From an uncultured Poribacteria bacterium (GTDB lineage Bacteria > Poribacteria > WGA-4E > WGA-3G), in assembly GCA_958296135.2 (NCBI GenBank), contig CATQHZ020000001.1, positions 4,576,001 to 4,640,000 of the forward strand: a stretch of 64,000 nucleotides of DNA, given 5' to 3'. The notes under the pieces were generated by a model. That model was not told the origin of the DNA. It did no database searches and was given only the letters and a program-made list of their open reading frames with translations. Below are positions 20,303 through 31,200 of this stretch, piece after piece; positions within the stretch are counted from its first letter, which is position 1; each line of letters opens with the position of its first letter. Made by a program: the position numbers and the translations under genes.

Positions 20303-21117
20303 GACGTCTCATACGGAAACCGATAGGCATCGCACTCGCTGTGTGTCTTGCCACCTTCACGGCAATCAGTCATGCAAAAATCGACCCGGGCACCGTTGCC
20401 GGTATCTGGCTCTTCGATGAAGGCAAAGGCAAAACCGTCGCCGACTTATCCGATAACGGAAATGATGGAGAACTGAAAGAAGACGCGAAATGGGATGCCG
20501 GCAAATTCGGACAAGGCGTTGTCTTTGACGGGAAAGACGACTACGTTGAAATCGCCCCATCGCCCCTATTTAACCCGGAGGTATTCACCGTCACGTTCTG
20601 GATGCACCCCACTGCTGTCGGCGGCAATAACCCCGCGGGGAAAGGTTCCGCCACCCTCGTCATTGCTAACGGCAATCCGGGCGATGGCGGCGGCGCAAAC
20701 TGGTGGTTTGAATTCTGGAACGCTGGCAACTTTGAATTCAAGAGTTGTCAAGCCGGTTGTGCCGCCGCAACGACACCGCTTAACACACCAGACAAGTGGT
20801 ATTTTATCGCCGGCATCTACAACGGCACGGAATACGAACTCTACATTGATGGCGAATTTAAGTCAAAGGGACCGAATAAAGTCGGCGCGCCTGAGAAGGG
20901 ACTCCTCATCGGAAGCGGGCTCTGCCCCGCAGGACACGGCTGTGATGGCGGCTACTTCAAAGGCATCATTGATGACGTGGCGATGTTCAGCGATACCTTG
21001 AAAGAGGCAGAGCTGAAAACCCTCATGGACGACGGTGTCGGAAAAGTGCTCGGTGTCGCACCAGTGGAACCGACTGGAAAATTGGCAACGACCTGGGGAA
21101 AACTCAAGGCAAACTAA
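20299..21117 (+). CDS. Secreted LamG/concanavalin-A-like protein with C-terminal VEPTGKLATTWGKLK motif
   Basis: Signal peptide, GIWLFDEGKG...GKFG...FDGKDDYV...LYIDG...FKGIIDDV. Confidence 0.85.
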   Translation: MRRLIRKPIGIALAVCLATFTAISHAKIDPGTVAGIWLFDEGKGKTVADLSDNGNDGELKEDAKWDAGKFGQGVVFDGKDDYVEIAPSPLFNPEVFTVTFWMHPTAVGGNNPAGKGSATLVIANGNPGDGGGANWWFEFWNAGNFEFKSCQAGCAAATTPLNTPDKWYFIAGIYNGTEYELYIDGEFKSKGPNKVGAPEKGLLIGSGLCPAGHGCDGGYFKGIIDDVAMFSDTLKEAELKTLMDDGVGKVLGVAPVEPTGKLATTWGKLKAN

Positions 21118-21163
21118 CAACTTGTAAGGGCGGATTTCCACATCCGCCCGTTCAGAGCGCACT

Positions 21164-22285
21164 ATGAGAGAAAAAGAACGAGCATCGCTCACAACACCGA
21201 TACCGCGTTTAAAAAATGACCGGCTCCTGCGCGCCGCACGCCGCTTGCCGGTGGATAGGGTGCCCGTGTGGATGATGCGACAGGCAGGCCGCTCGGACCC
21301 TGCGTATCGGCGCATCCGAGAGGAGATAAACCTCCCTTTGGAGCATCTCTTCCGCACCTGTCCCGTGCCGATGTCGGAAACCGCCGCAGAATGGGCAGTG
21401 AAGATTTCGATGCTACCGAAGCGCATCGGCGTAGACGCGATTATCGTCTATAAAGACATCCTCACGCCGTTGTGCCCGATGGGCGCGCATTTTCGGTTTA
21501 CGCCCGGGCCCGTCCTCAGTGAACCTATCCGCAGCCGGGAGCAGATAGAGGCACTTCAACCGCTTGATAACGCGCCCTCGCAACTCGCGTTTACCGGAAA
21601 CGTCATCGGCAAACTGCGAGAAACCTTGGACAAAGAACTACCGCTCATCGGATTTGCAGGCGCGCCAATGACGCTCGCCGCCTTTCTCATCGCCGGAACA
21701 AGTCCAATGCAACGTGACAGCAGTAGACTCTCCGAACCGGCAAAAATGGTGTTTCAGATGATAACCGAGGCACCGGAATTGGTGCATCAATTGCTCGCAC
21801 GCTTAACCGATGCCACTATCAATTACCTGAACTACCAGATCGCCGAAGGCGTTCAGACAGTCCAACTGTTTGAGTCCATCGCAGACGTAATGCCGCGGAC
21901 AATGTATCAAGAATTCGTGTTGCCGTATCATCAGCAGATTTTCGCCGAACTCAACCGGAGCGTACCCGCGATTCTATTCGCAAAAGAGTGCGCATATCTC
22001 GATTTGATGCACCAGAGCGGGGCCGATGTGCTGAGCGTCGGCAAATGCGTAGAACTCGCTCAAGCAAAGGCAGAAACCGAAGGAAACCCTGTCGCTTTGC
22101 AGGGGAACGTCGACAATGACATCATCCGAGATGGCACATTTGCTGACATCACTACGGCCGTCCACGACTGCCTAAAACAGGGTGGAAAAATCGGACACAT
22201 TCTGAACCTCAGCCACGGCTTGCATAGAGACACGCCGTTTGAAAACGTCAAACATTTCGTGCACGCCGCGAAAACGTTCCGGTAG
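21164..22285 (+). CDS. hemE: Uroporphyrinogen decarboxylase
   Basis: PVWMMRQAGR, LIGFAGAP.T, LQGNVD, HILNLSHG. Confidence 0.93.
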   Translation: MREKERASLTTPIPRLKNDRLLRAARRLPVDRVPVWMMRQAGRSDPAYRRIREEINLPLEHLFRTCPVPMSETAAEWAVKISMLPKRIGVDAIIVYKDILTPLCPMGAHFRFTPGPVLSEPIRSREQIEALQPLDNAPSQLAFTGNVIGKLRETLDKELPLIGFAGAPMTLAAFLIAGTSPMQRDSSRLSEPAKMVFQMITEAPELVHQLLARLTDATINYLNYQIAEGVQTVQLFESIADVMPRTMYQEFVLPYHQQIFAELNRSVPAILFAKECAYLDLMHQSGADVLSVGKCVELAQAKAETEGNPVALQGNVDNDIIRDGTFADITTAVHDCLKQGGKIGHILNLSHGLHRDTPFENVKHFVHAAKTFR

Positions 22286-22363
22286 GCTCTACGCTTTGAA
22301 CCGTAGGGCGAAGACCTGGCCCTCGCAATGCAGCGGAGGTAGGAAGCAGACAGAGGACTCTAA

Positions 22364-23833
22364 ATGAGAACAAAACGCGCTGTCCCGATGGAAAACCCTT
22401 ACGCACCACGGCAATACGGCGAACTCGTTAAGGTAACGGAACGCGTCTATCTCTTCCGCAACGTCGTTAATTCCACTATTATTATCGGCGATAAGGGAGT
22501 CGCGGTAATTGACACGCAGGTGAATCAGGCCATGGCGCGACGCCTGTTCAAAGCGGTTCGTCGCGTGACAGACAAACCGCTCTTGTATGCGATAAATACG
22601 CACTACCACTGGGATCATACCAATGGCAATGCCGTTTTTCATGCAGCCGGCGCGACGATTGTTGCACGCGAGATGACAAAAGATTTTATGGTATCTCGCT
22701 CGCCACGGCAAGAGGCATTTCTTGCCTCGCGCGGTTTTAAACTGGGGGATGCGCCCGTTCTTCCGACGCAGACGTTCGCGCAGGAGATGGAACTGAATTT
22801 AGGCAATCAACCGCTGCATCTCGTTCACTTAGGCAAAGCGGAAACAGACGATGCAACCGCCATCCGCATTCTGTCAGAGGAATGCATCGTATCCGGGGAC
22901 ACCGTCATGACAGGCAGTTTCCCGATTTTCGGACAACCTGTCATGAACGAAGGGCTCATGGCGAACCATGATTGGATAAATACCATCAAGGAACTCCGCA
23001 CTTATGCACCAAAACACGTTCTGCCTGGGCACGGGCCCTTAGCGCATAATGCAGAAATGGAACTGCTGATGCAGATTGAATCCTATTTCTTAACCGAAGT
23101 ACGAAAACGCGTTGAGAAAGGCATGCCGTTAATCGCGCTCTTGGCAGAACTGGAGGCGAACCTCCCCGAGTGGATTCGGGATATCGCCGAGGTCTGGGGG
23201 ACACCGCGTTACGCGATTTTGCGCGTCTACCGTGGGCTCATCGATGAACCGGAGCCGGGATGGCAGCACTTCAAGCCCTCCGCTATTCCGACAGCGGATG
23301 AAGAAAGTCTCCGTAAGCAAACGCGCGCATTGGCAGATTTTGACGCATATCGCGAAGCCTCGGAAGAAGTGGAGGAGGGAAATGACTTCGGCTTAGCTGT
23401 CGCTATCTTAAAAAGCACGACAAAAAAATATCCGCATCTGCCAGCGGCGTGGACAGAATATGCGGGCGTGCTGATGCGGGCATCCCGCACCGTGTCAAGC
23501 GTGCTAGAGAAGGGTGACTTCTTCTCCGAAGCCAACAAGGCACTTGATACCGCCTTGGAATTGGATGCGGGTTACGCGCCAGCGCATCTGTTGCGAGGAC
23601 AGTACCAAATCCTGTCCGCTTACCGCAACGGCGATGAACCCGATGATGGGCTCGCCTCCATTCACAACGCGATGTCCCTCGGAATTCAGGGCACATCTCT
23701 CGCGCAGGCACATTTTTGCATCGGGATGGCACATCGCACGAACGGAAACGAGGTTGAAGCGAAAGCCGCCTTCGCAAAAGCCATTGCTGCGGACGCACGA
23801 TTCATGCCAGCGCAATTAGCCAACATGGCTTAA
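22364..23833 (+). CDS. Metallo-beta-lactamase-fold hydrolase with C-terminal TPR region
   Basis: INTHYHWDHTNGN (HxHxDH), SGD, PGHG; TPR-like helices. Confidence 0.85.
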   Translation: MRTKRAVPMENPYAPRQYGELVKVTERVYLFRNVVNSTIIIGDKGVAVIDTQVNQAMARRLFKAVRRVTDKPLLYAINTHYHWDHTNGNAVFHAAGATIVAREMTKDFMVSRSPRQEAFLASRGFKLGDAPVLPTQTFAQEMELNLGNQPLHLVHLGKAETDDATAIRILSEECIVSGDTVMTGSFPIFGQPVMNEGLMANHDWINTIKELRTYAPKHVLPGHGPLAHNAEMELLMQIESYFLTEVRKRVEKGMPLIALLAELEANLPEWIRDIAEVWGTPRYAILRVYRGLIDEPEPGWQHFKPSAIPTADEESLRKQTRALADFDAYREASEEVEEGNDFGLAVAILKSTTKKYPHLPAAWTEYAGVLMRASRTVSSVLEKGDFFSEANKALDTALELDAGYAPAHLLRGQYQILSAYRNGDEPDDGLASIHNAMSLGIQGTSLAQAHFCIGMAHRTNGNEVEAKAAFAKAIAADARFMPAQLANMA

Positions 23834-23887
23834 CTCATCCCGTCTCGCCAGGGCCTGTCCCTCGCGATGGCTCAGAGGAGATAAAAA

Positions 23888-24835
23888 ATGTCTCACAAAA
23901 CATACGATAGCATTCTGCTCATCGCGTTTGGCGGGCCAACACCCGGCTGCTGCCAAAAATATGACATCTGTCCCAGCGAGGCATACTGCTTCGTTGAAGG
24001 AATCGTCGGGACAGCAGCATCCCAATTGCCAAGAGTGAAAGATGTCTCCAGTCACTACATTGAACTCGGCGGCTTCTCGCCGTTCAACGAACTGACGTTC
24101 CAGCAGGCGCGCGCCCTCAAAGCCGGGCTTAACGACAGAAACGTCTCTCTGCCCGTTTACGCCGGGTTCCGGCATTGGCATCCCTATTTAAAGGATGTCG
24201 TCGCCGACATCGCACAAAAGGGGCACCAAAAAATACTCGGCATCATCATGGCCCCCCATCAATCCAAAGTCAGTTGGGAGTGGTATATCCAAGCGGTGAA
24301 GAAGGCAATCGATACCTTGCCGGATACAGCGCGCCCCGAGATTGACTATTTAGCCCCGTGGTGGACGCACGACGGCTACATCGGTGCTATCGTAGAACTG
24401 ATTCAAAGCGCGTGCAACGGGCAGTTAGACAACGCCACCCCAGTCTTCACGGCGCACGCCATCCCGAAGCCGGCGGCGAAAACCTCACCTTATACGCAAC
24501 AATTCGCGGAGACAGCGGCGAAAGTGGCAGAGAAACTCGGCAAAACCGAGTTCGCTTTGGCATACCAGAGCCAAGCCGAAAACACCCCTGTCGCATGGAC
24601 ACAGCCCGATATCAACGACTGGATTCGCGCGCAGAAAGATGCAGGCATTCAAACCATCGTCGCCTCACCTATCGGGTTCCTCTGCGACCACGTTGAGGTG
24701 CTCTATGACCTGGATATTGAAGCAAGGGCGACAGCGGCCGAATGCGGTATTGAGTTTATCCGCGCCAGCACCGTCGGGAGCCATCCGAAGTTCATCAACA
24801 TGTTGGTAGACCTGGCCTGCGAAAAATTCCAATGA
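23888..24835 (+). CDS. hemH: Ferrochelatase (HemH/CpfC)
   Basis: FGGP, GG.SP, FTAHAIP, AYQSQ, WTQP, PIGFLCDHVEVLYDLDIE. Confidence 0.93.
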   Translation: MSHKTYDSILLIAFGGPTPGCCQKYDICPSEAYCFVEGIVGTAASQLPRVKDVSSHYIELGGFSPFNELTFQQARALKAGLNDRNVSLPVYAGFRHWHPYLKDVVADIAQKGHQKILGIIMAPHQSKVSWEWYIQAVKKAIDTLPDTARPEIDYLAPWWTHDGYIGAIVELIQSACNGQLDNATPVFTAHAIPKPAAKTSPYTQQFAETAAKVAEKLGKTEFALAYQSQAENTPVAWTQPDINDWIRAQKDAGIQTIVASPIGFLCDHVEVLYDLDIEARATAAECGIEFIRASTVGSHPKFINMLVDLACEKFQ

Positions 24836-24885
24836 GGAGAGAACGCGGGGGCCTGTCCTCCGCGCTACGGTGAAGTATGGTTTGC

Positions 24886-26343
24886 ATGAAACAGAAACCA
24901 AAACGCGCCATCGTCATCGGCGGCGGAATTACAGGCCTCGCAGCCAGCTACCGCCTCACGCGCGAGGCAGAGAAAAGGGGCATCCCGCTTGATGTTACCC
25001 TACTTGAGGCGAGCACCCGGGTCGGCGGTGTTATCCACACCGTCCATCGCGATGGCTTCCTCATTGAACACGGCCCCGATGCCTTTATCTCCACCAAACC
25101 GTGGGCGAAGGCATTGTGTGAAGAACTCAGCATCGCCGATGAATTCATCAGCACGAACCCAAACATGCGCCGTAGTTTTGTCGCCCAGAACGGCAAATTG
25201 CATCCTGTCCCGGAAGGTTTTTACATGATGGCACCGGGCGCGTTTCTCCCTTTTATTAAGAGCCCCATTTTCAGTTGGCGCGGCAAACTCCGGATGGGCC
25301 TTGATTTGCTCATTCCTCGCCAAGGCAACGATGCAGACGAATCTGTCGCCGATTTCGTGCGGCGCAGGCTCGGCACCGAGGCGTTTGAACGGATGGCGCA
25401 ACCGATGATAGGCGGTATCTACACTTCCGACGCAGAAAATCTCAGTCTCAAGGCGACATTTCCGCGCTTTGTGGAGATGGAACAGGCACACGGCAGCATC
25501 ATCAAAGCACTTTTGGAAACCAGAAAGCGGCAGGCAAGCCAAACACATCGTGATACCAGCGGCGCGCGTTACAGCCTCTTCCTCTCATTCGCCACCGGCA
25601 TGCAAACCCTGGTCGACAGGTTACAGCAGGCGCATCTCACCGTAGCGCGAGAGCCTGTCCCTCGCGAGCGTTCACCCAAGGCACATCTCCGCCTGAACAC
25701 CCGCGTGGCAGTTCTTCAGCAACAAAAAAACGAAACGGGATGGCAGGTATCCCTCGCCGATGGCGACGTGCTTGCGGCAGAACTCCTCTGCATCGCGCTT
25801 CCTGCACCACAAGCAGGCACCTTGTGTGAAAACGTTTCACCGGCCCTTGCCAAGAAACTCCAAGCGATTCCCTACGCTTCCTCCGCCACCCTCAACGTCG
25901 CTTTCCGCCGTGAAGATGTGGCGCATCCGCTGAACGGAACGGGGTTCGTCGTGCCAGTAACAGAAAGGCTCTCTCTCATCGGGTGCTCGTTCAGTAGTGT
26001 TAAATTTGCAAACCGCGCGCCAGCAGGACACGTTTTGTTGCGCGCGTTCGTTCGAGAGTGCACCAGCGAACTGACAGAAACGGCACTGAAAGAGATAGCA
26101 GCCTTGCTCGGCATCAAAAAAGAGCCCCTTTTCTCTGTCGTGAGCCGGCACACACAAGCCATGGCGCAGTACCAGGTGGGGCATCAGGGACATGTCAAGG
26201 AGATTGAAGCACTCGCGAAAGAGTTGCCCGGACTTGCGCTGGCCGGCAACGCCTACCACGGCATCGGCATCCCGGATTGCATCCACAGCGGCGAACAAGC
26301 CGCGCTCGCGCTCCTGGATTCACTCATAAATGAGGAAAACTGA
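24886..26343 (+). CDS. hemY: HemY-type protoporphyrinogen/coproporphyrinogen oxidase
   Basis: IGGGITGL, EHGPDAF, GNAYHGIGIPDCI. Confidence 0.92.
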   Translation: MKQKPKRAIVIGGGITGLAASYRLTREAEKRGIPLDVTLLEASTRVGGVIHTVHRDGFLIEHGPDAFISTKPWAKALCEELSIADEFISTNPNMRRSFVAQNGKLHPVPEGFYMMAPGAFLPFIKSPIFSWRGKLRMGLDLLIPRQGNDADESVADFVRRRLGTEAFERMAQPMIGGIYTSDAENLSLKATFPRFVEMEQAHGSIIKALLETRKRQASQTHRDTSGARYSLFLSFATGMQTLVDRLQQAHLTVAREPVPRERSPKAHLRLNTRVAVLQQQKNETGWQVSLADGDVLAAELLCIALPAPQAGTLCENVSPALAKKLQAIPYASSATLNVAFRREDVAHPLNGTGFVVPVTERLSLIGCSFSSVKFANRAPAGHVLLRAFVRECTSELTETALKEIAALLGIKKEPLFSVVSRHTQAMAQYQVGHQGHVKEIEALAKELPGLALAGNAYHGIGIPDCIHSGEQAALALLDSLINEEN

Positions 26344-27368
26344 TGGAACTCGGCTTAACTTTCCGGCGACGCACACTAACTATATATGTATGCCTCGCGA
26401 TTTTCCTCGTCGCAGTGTTCGCGCTTACAAAGCGCGCGGATAGAGGAGACGCACGCGCAGAAACGACGAACCGGCACGACGATGCATATCAAACCTTTCA
26501 GGCAGGAAAGTGCAAAAGCTGCCACCCTGCCATCTGGCGCGAGTGGGAAAAATCGATGCACGCTCAGGCATGGACAGATGCAATTTATCAAGAAGCCGCC
26601 GCGCAAATCGCCGACCGGGCAGCCAGCTGCGATGCATGCCACGCACCCGAACCAATCCTCGTGACAGGCATCGGAAAAATGCCGATATTGCGCGACCGGC
26701 ACCGCGAGGCCGGTGTTTCATGCCTCGTCTGCCACCTCGATGCCGAGGGAGCAATGCACGGACCGCCGGCAAGTGCCGAAACGAATTTTCATCCGAATAT
26801 CACGAATGCTGTCTATACAAAACCGACTCCGCTCTGCGCCACGTGCCACGGGCAACAGAGCGTTCCCGCGCATGATCTGGTTTCTAGTTTCCTCAAAAGC
26901 CGCTTTGCCACAGAAAACAAAACTTGCGCTACGTGCCACATGCCTGCTATCAAACGCCTGCAAAGCACCGCGAGTTATGAGCGTATCGCGGGACGGAAGC
27001 ATACGTGGCAAGGCAGCCGCAGCGTCTCGCAACTTAAACGCGCCGCTACGCTGCATCTTGGGTTTGCAGAGAAAAAAGCGACGGTGACACTTCAGAATAA
27101 AGCCGCGCACCTTTTACCGGGCAGTGTGATACGCGTCATTGTGCTGGATGTCACCCTTTTCGCGCCCGATGGAAACGTGCGGCAAACGTCGCAGCACACC
27201 TTTTCCGCAGCGCAAGACAATCGTCTTCACCCCGACGAGCAGCGAACATTCGTCTTTGACGCGCACTCAGGTGACATGCTTGAAGCACGCCTACGGTATC
27301 AGTTAACACAGGAAACACCGGAGACATCATGGATACAGATGGCAGAAGTGCGCAATCTCGTGCCATGA
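26343..27368 (+). CDS. Membrane-anchored pentaheme cytochrome c (c554-like)
   Basis: Five CxxCH motifs: CKSCH, CDACH, CLVCH, CATCH, CATCH; N-terminal TM. Confidence 0.88.
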   Translation: MELGLTFRRRTLTIYVCLAIFLVAVFALTKRADRGDARAETTNRHDDAYQTFQAGKCKSCHPAIWREWEKSMHAQAWTDAIYQEAAAQIADRAASCDACHAPEPILVTGIGKMPILRDRHREAGVSCLVCHLDAEGAMHGPPASAETNFHPNITNAVYTKPTPLCATCHGQQSVPAHDLVSSFLKSRFATENKTCATCHMPAIKRLQSTASYERIAGRKHTWQGSRSVSQLKRAATLHLGFAEKKATVTLQNKAAHLLPGSVIRVIVLDVTLFAPDGNVRQTSQHTFSAAQDNRLHPDEQRTFVFDAHSGDMLEARLRYQLTQETPETSWIQMAEVRNLVP

Positions 27369-27442
27369 AATCGAAGCATTTTGTGCAGCACTGGAAAATC
27401 ATAAGGGCAGATCACCGGCAAATTCTGTAGGAAATTTTTTAA

Positions 27443-27967
27443 TTGACAATTTTTATGGATTTATGATAAACTTCTCTATAAGTTTTGAAATTTTGGTGAA
27501 AAACTACTCGGGGCACAGCTTATTTAGGCAAAATTGAATTTTTTCTTGACATTTCTTGGAAAATGTGGTATCATATATACTTGAAGTGTCGTGCTGTTAC
27601 GATTTTGATTGTTGATGTCCCTCTGAGTTTGGGAGAAAGTTCGCGAAACCCGTTTAATTGGCCGATTAAAACAGTTGCTTAATTTTAGCACATTTGTTAA
27701 AATCATAACTTGTGCACGATGGGTGAATTTTCAACCCGACAACAAAATACGCTCGCGGAACTGCCGAAACGTGGTGTTTTCAGAGACTACCGGCAACCTG
27801 TTTTTGAAACGCCAAAGCGGTTTTGTATCGGCATAGGGAGCTAGAGCGGAAACCCTAAATTTTTGAGGCGCGGAAGGAGCCGCAGGAGCAGTTTGCCAAC
27901 ATGTTTAGCGGCTGCATCCTAGGAAAAAACTTTTTGCTTGCTTTTCGCGCGTGAAATCGTGTATAAT
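27443..27967 (+). promoter_or_regulatory. Four tandem sigma70-like promoters upstream of the giant gene
   Basis: TTGACA-18-TAAACT (27443), TTGACA-17-TATCAT (27546), TTGCTT-17-TAAAAT (27675), TTGCTT-18-TATAAT (27938). Confidence 0.6.
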
Positions 27968-28205
27968 AATCCTATCCTAGGATGCCGTGCCTCTTGGGGG
28001 TAGGAACGTTTAAATGGAGAACAGCACCGAACGGTTCTGAAGCGGCCACCGCATCAGAACCAGACATTGCTGAACTCTACCGAAACAAGTTGGATAGACA
28101 TGCCGCCGCGCCGCGCGTCTGTTTGCTTCCCGTCCGAAGATGTCTATCCAAAAAAACTCAGTCTGAGTCTCGCGTTTACGCAGACTTCATGAGGAGGATA
28201 AGTTA

Positions 28206-31200
28206 ATGAAAAAACGAACGTTCGTTTGTTTTTTGATTTTTACATTGTGTGTTTTTCACAGTTCGCTGCCAGGCACCGTCTTCGGACAGGATGCCTCGCT
28301 CGCCGAACAGGTGCTGGAAAAATACAGCGCAACACTGCAACGGGAGGACATTCAAGAAATCCTTCCGGATGTCTTGGAGGGGCTTAAAGCACCGAATATT
28401 CAAGCACTCCTGACGCCGCAGACTATCACGCTCGTCGTGACTCAACCGGATCTGCTCACGCAGTTCGTGCCCGGTATTGACCCGGCATTCGTAACGCTGC
28501 TGAAAGAGGATGCGGAACTCCGGACGATGCTCCAGGATGCACAAGTGCAGGAGTTGCTAACGAAGCCCGCCGCAATCGACGAACTCGCAACTGCGTTGAA
28601 CGTAGTGGAGCCGCCGCCAGTTGTTGAACCACCCGTAGTGGCACCACCCGTGGAGATGCCCTCGCTCGCTCAGCAGGTGTTTGACGCGCATAGCGCGACG
28701 CTCATGCGGGCCGATATTCAAGCGGTGCTCCCGGCAGTCTTAACCGCTCTGAAAGCACCGGAGATCCAAGCACAATTGAATCCGGCGATTATCGGTGCCG
28801 CCATCGCGAATCCAGATCTCTTAGCAGCTGTTGGAGTCGAACAGCCTTTCATCGACTTGCTGAAAACGGATGCCGAACTCCAAACGATGCTCGGCGATAT
28901 GCAAGTGCAGGCACTGCTGCAGGATACCGCCGCAATTGACGAACTCGCAGCGTTACTCAACGTTGGAGAACCGCCGGTAGTGGAGCCCCCCGTGGAGCCG
29001 CCTGTGGTGGAACCACCGGTAGAACCGCCTGTGGAACCTCCCGTGGAGCCGCCCGTAGTGGAGCCGCCGGTAGTGGCACCGCCGCCCGTTGCGCCGCCTG
29101 CTGAATCAGCAGATCCGTTCGCGCCGATAACACCGGCAAATGCATCGATCCTCGGCAAATCCAGGCTCGGCGGCCTTGAACTTAATAAATTCTCTGGCCG
29201 GCAATTTGTAACCGAACTGCTTGAGGCAATCGGTATAACGCCGCCGCTTTTACAGGCCGCCGGATACACGCAAGACGGGTTGATTGAAGCAATCCTGACT
29301 CAGGTTCCAAAAGGTTATCTGCCCAAGAAGCAAATTAAGCAGGTTTTAGCGTCCAAACATATCAAATACTTCGACGAAGAGATTGATGGACAAGACCTCG
29401 GGCAACAGTTGGACTACGAGAATTTTGGGAACGCCATCACACCGAGGATTCTCGAGCTGGCTTATGGCAATGAACCCAATCGTAAATACGCCACGAGCGA
29501 TCATCTGAACGTTTACGCGCGGGTACCATCTGCAAACGTCGGCGGGGTTGAGTTTAGCCTCACTGATGGACGGACGGTAAAAGCGCAGCAGATTAGTCCA
29601 GCCATCTTCGGGGCAGATACCTTCCCGTATACCTTCCATCTGGAGGAAACGCTCGCCGCAACGAACCTGCCTGCATGGCCGGGTTTGAGCACGCAACTGT
29701 TCTCCAACGTTGTCCTTCGCTACTCGCAAACCGGGTTGAACGGAGACTATATCGCCGTTGATATGCAACCCATGACCGGGGCAGATGGCGGTGTCGTTTG
29801 GGAAACGGAGATAGGTGTCACAGCGGGTAGCACTTACTACTACTTTGAAGTAACGCTCGCCGAACCGGTGACACTTGAGGTGTTGGATCGGGAAAAGATT
29901 GCTGCGATTGTGCAGAACGTACTGGCAGGAAATACCGTGAGTATGGCTGAGGTGCTGCACGCAACGAAGTCCTACACCATTGAAAAATGGGCAATGCCAG
30001 ACCCGCGCAACCTTCAACTTGCAGACCGCGGCATTATTGACGGTTTGTTCACCGCAGAACTCCAATCCGCACTGCTTCCCATGCTGTTAGAAATTGGCAA
30101 CAACCCCACTGGACAGCACATTGCAAATGTGCTTGAGAAACACCAATGGAAACTTCTGAAGATTTTTCAGAAAAATGCCAACGCACTGACAACGCAGTTT
30201 GAGAACGCATTCGACCCGATGCTCTCCTCAGTCTTCAGTATCCCGCAGATTGATCCTGCAACAGAATCTATCTGGGCAGCCAGCATTGATGCTATTGCCG
30301 ATGGCAACTACTACTTAGGTGCCATTGTCCATGATGCCGCTGGAAACCCGTTAGATCAGATGCAAGGCGAATTTACGGTTGATACGAGTGCACCGGAAGC
30401 CGATATTCAGATTACCCCAGGCGCAAACGCAACCGGGTATATGAACGAAGCAGGCGTTTATGTTGCCACCGCACCGACAGCAGGCACCACCGCTACCTTG
30501 AATATCACGGGGATGCCGAAAGTAGCTGACGTGGCACCGGGCGAAGGGTATCTCTTCTATCAAGAAATTCAATTGGATGCAGACGGCATGCCGCAAAGCG
30601 CGTGGATGCCGCTTACCGTTGACGCAACGATGCTCGCCTCGCGAATCTGGGACGAAACCCTAGCACAACTGGACCGGCAGGGAGCCATTCCAAAGCAATT
30701 TTCGTTCATCCAAGGGGTGCCTTTTGAGCAAATCTTGGCTCTACTCACCCCCGGGCTCGTTCAACAGTACGCCAATCCGTTCCTCAAGACGCTCGAACCA
30801 CAGATAGGGAAAGTGCAACTATCTGAGGAAGATAGTCAATCGTTGCTTGACATCCTGGGTGCTACCCTCGATCTGATTAATTCGATTCCCATCACTTACG
30901 GCGAACCGAATAATACGGTAACGATGGCGATTCAGGGTGAGCAGATGCCTCTCCTGCTCGGCGATTACGGCGTTCGGGCAATGGGAATTGATACACTCTT
31001 TAACATCAGTGCCCACACTGCACCTACGCACATCAGAATTGTCGCACCGGAATACGATACCGCCGCGATTACGCTCGCCGTTATCGGCGATTGTAACGGA
31101 GATGGCGATACCGATGACCCGGGTGAAAGCGGGGCTGTCGGTGACATGACAATCTTCGCCAATACGACAGCGAACGTCATGTTAACGATTTCCGTTGGCA

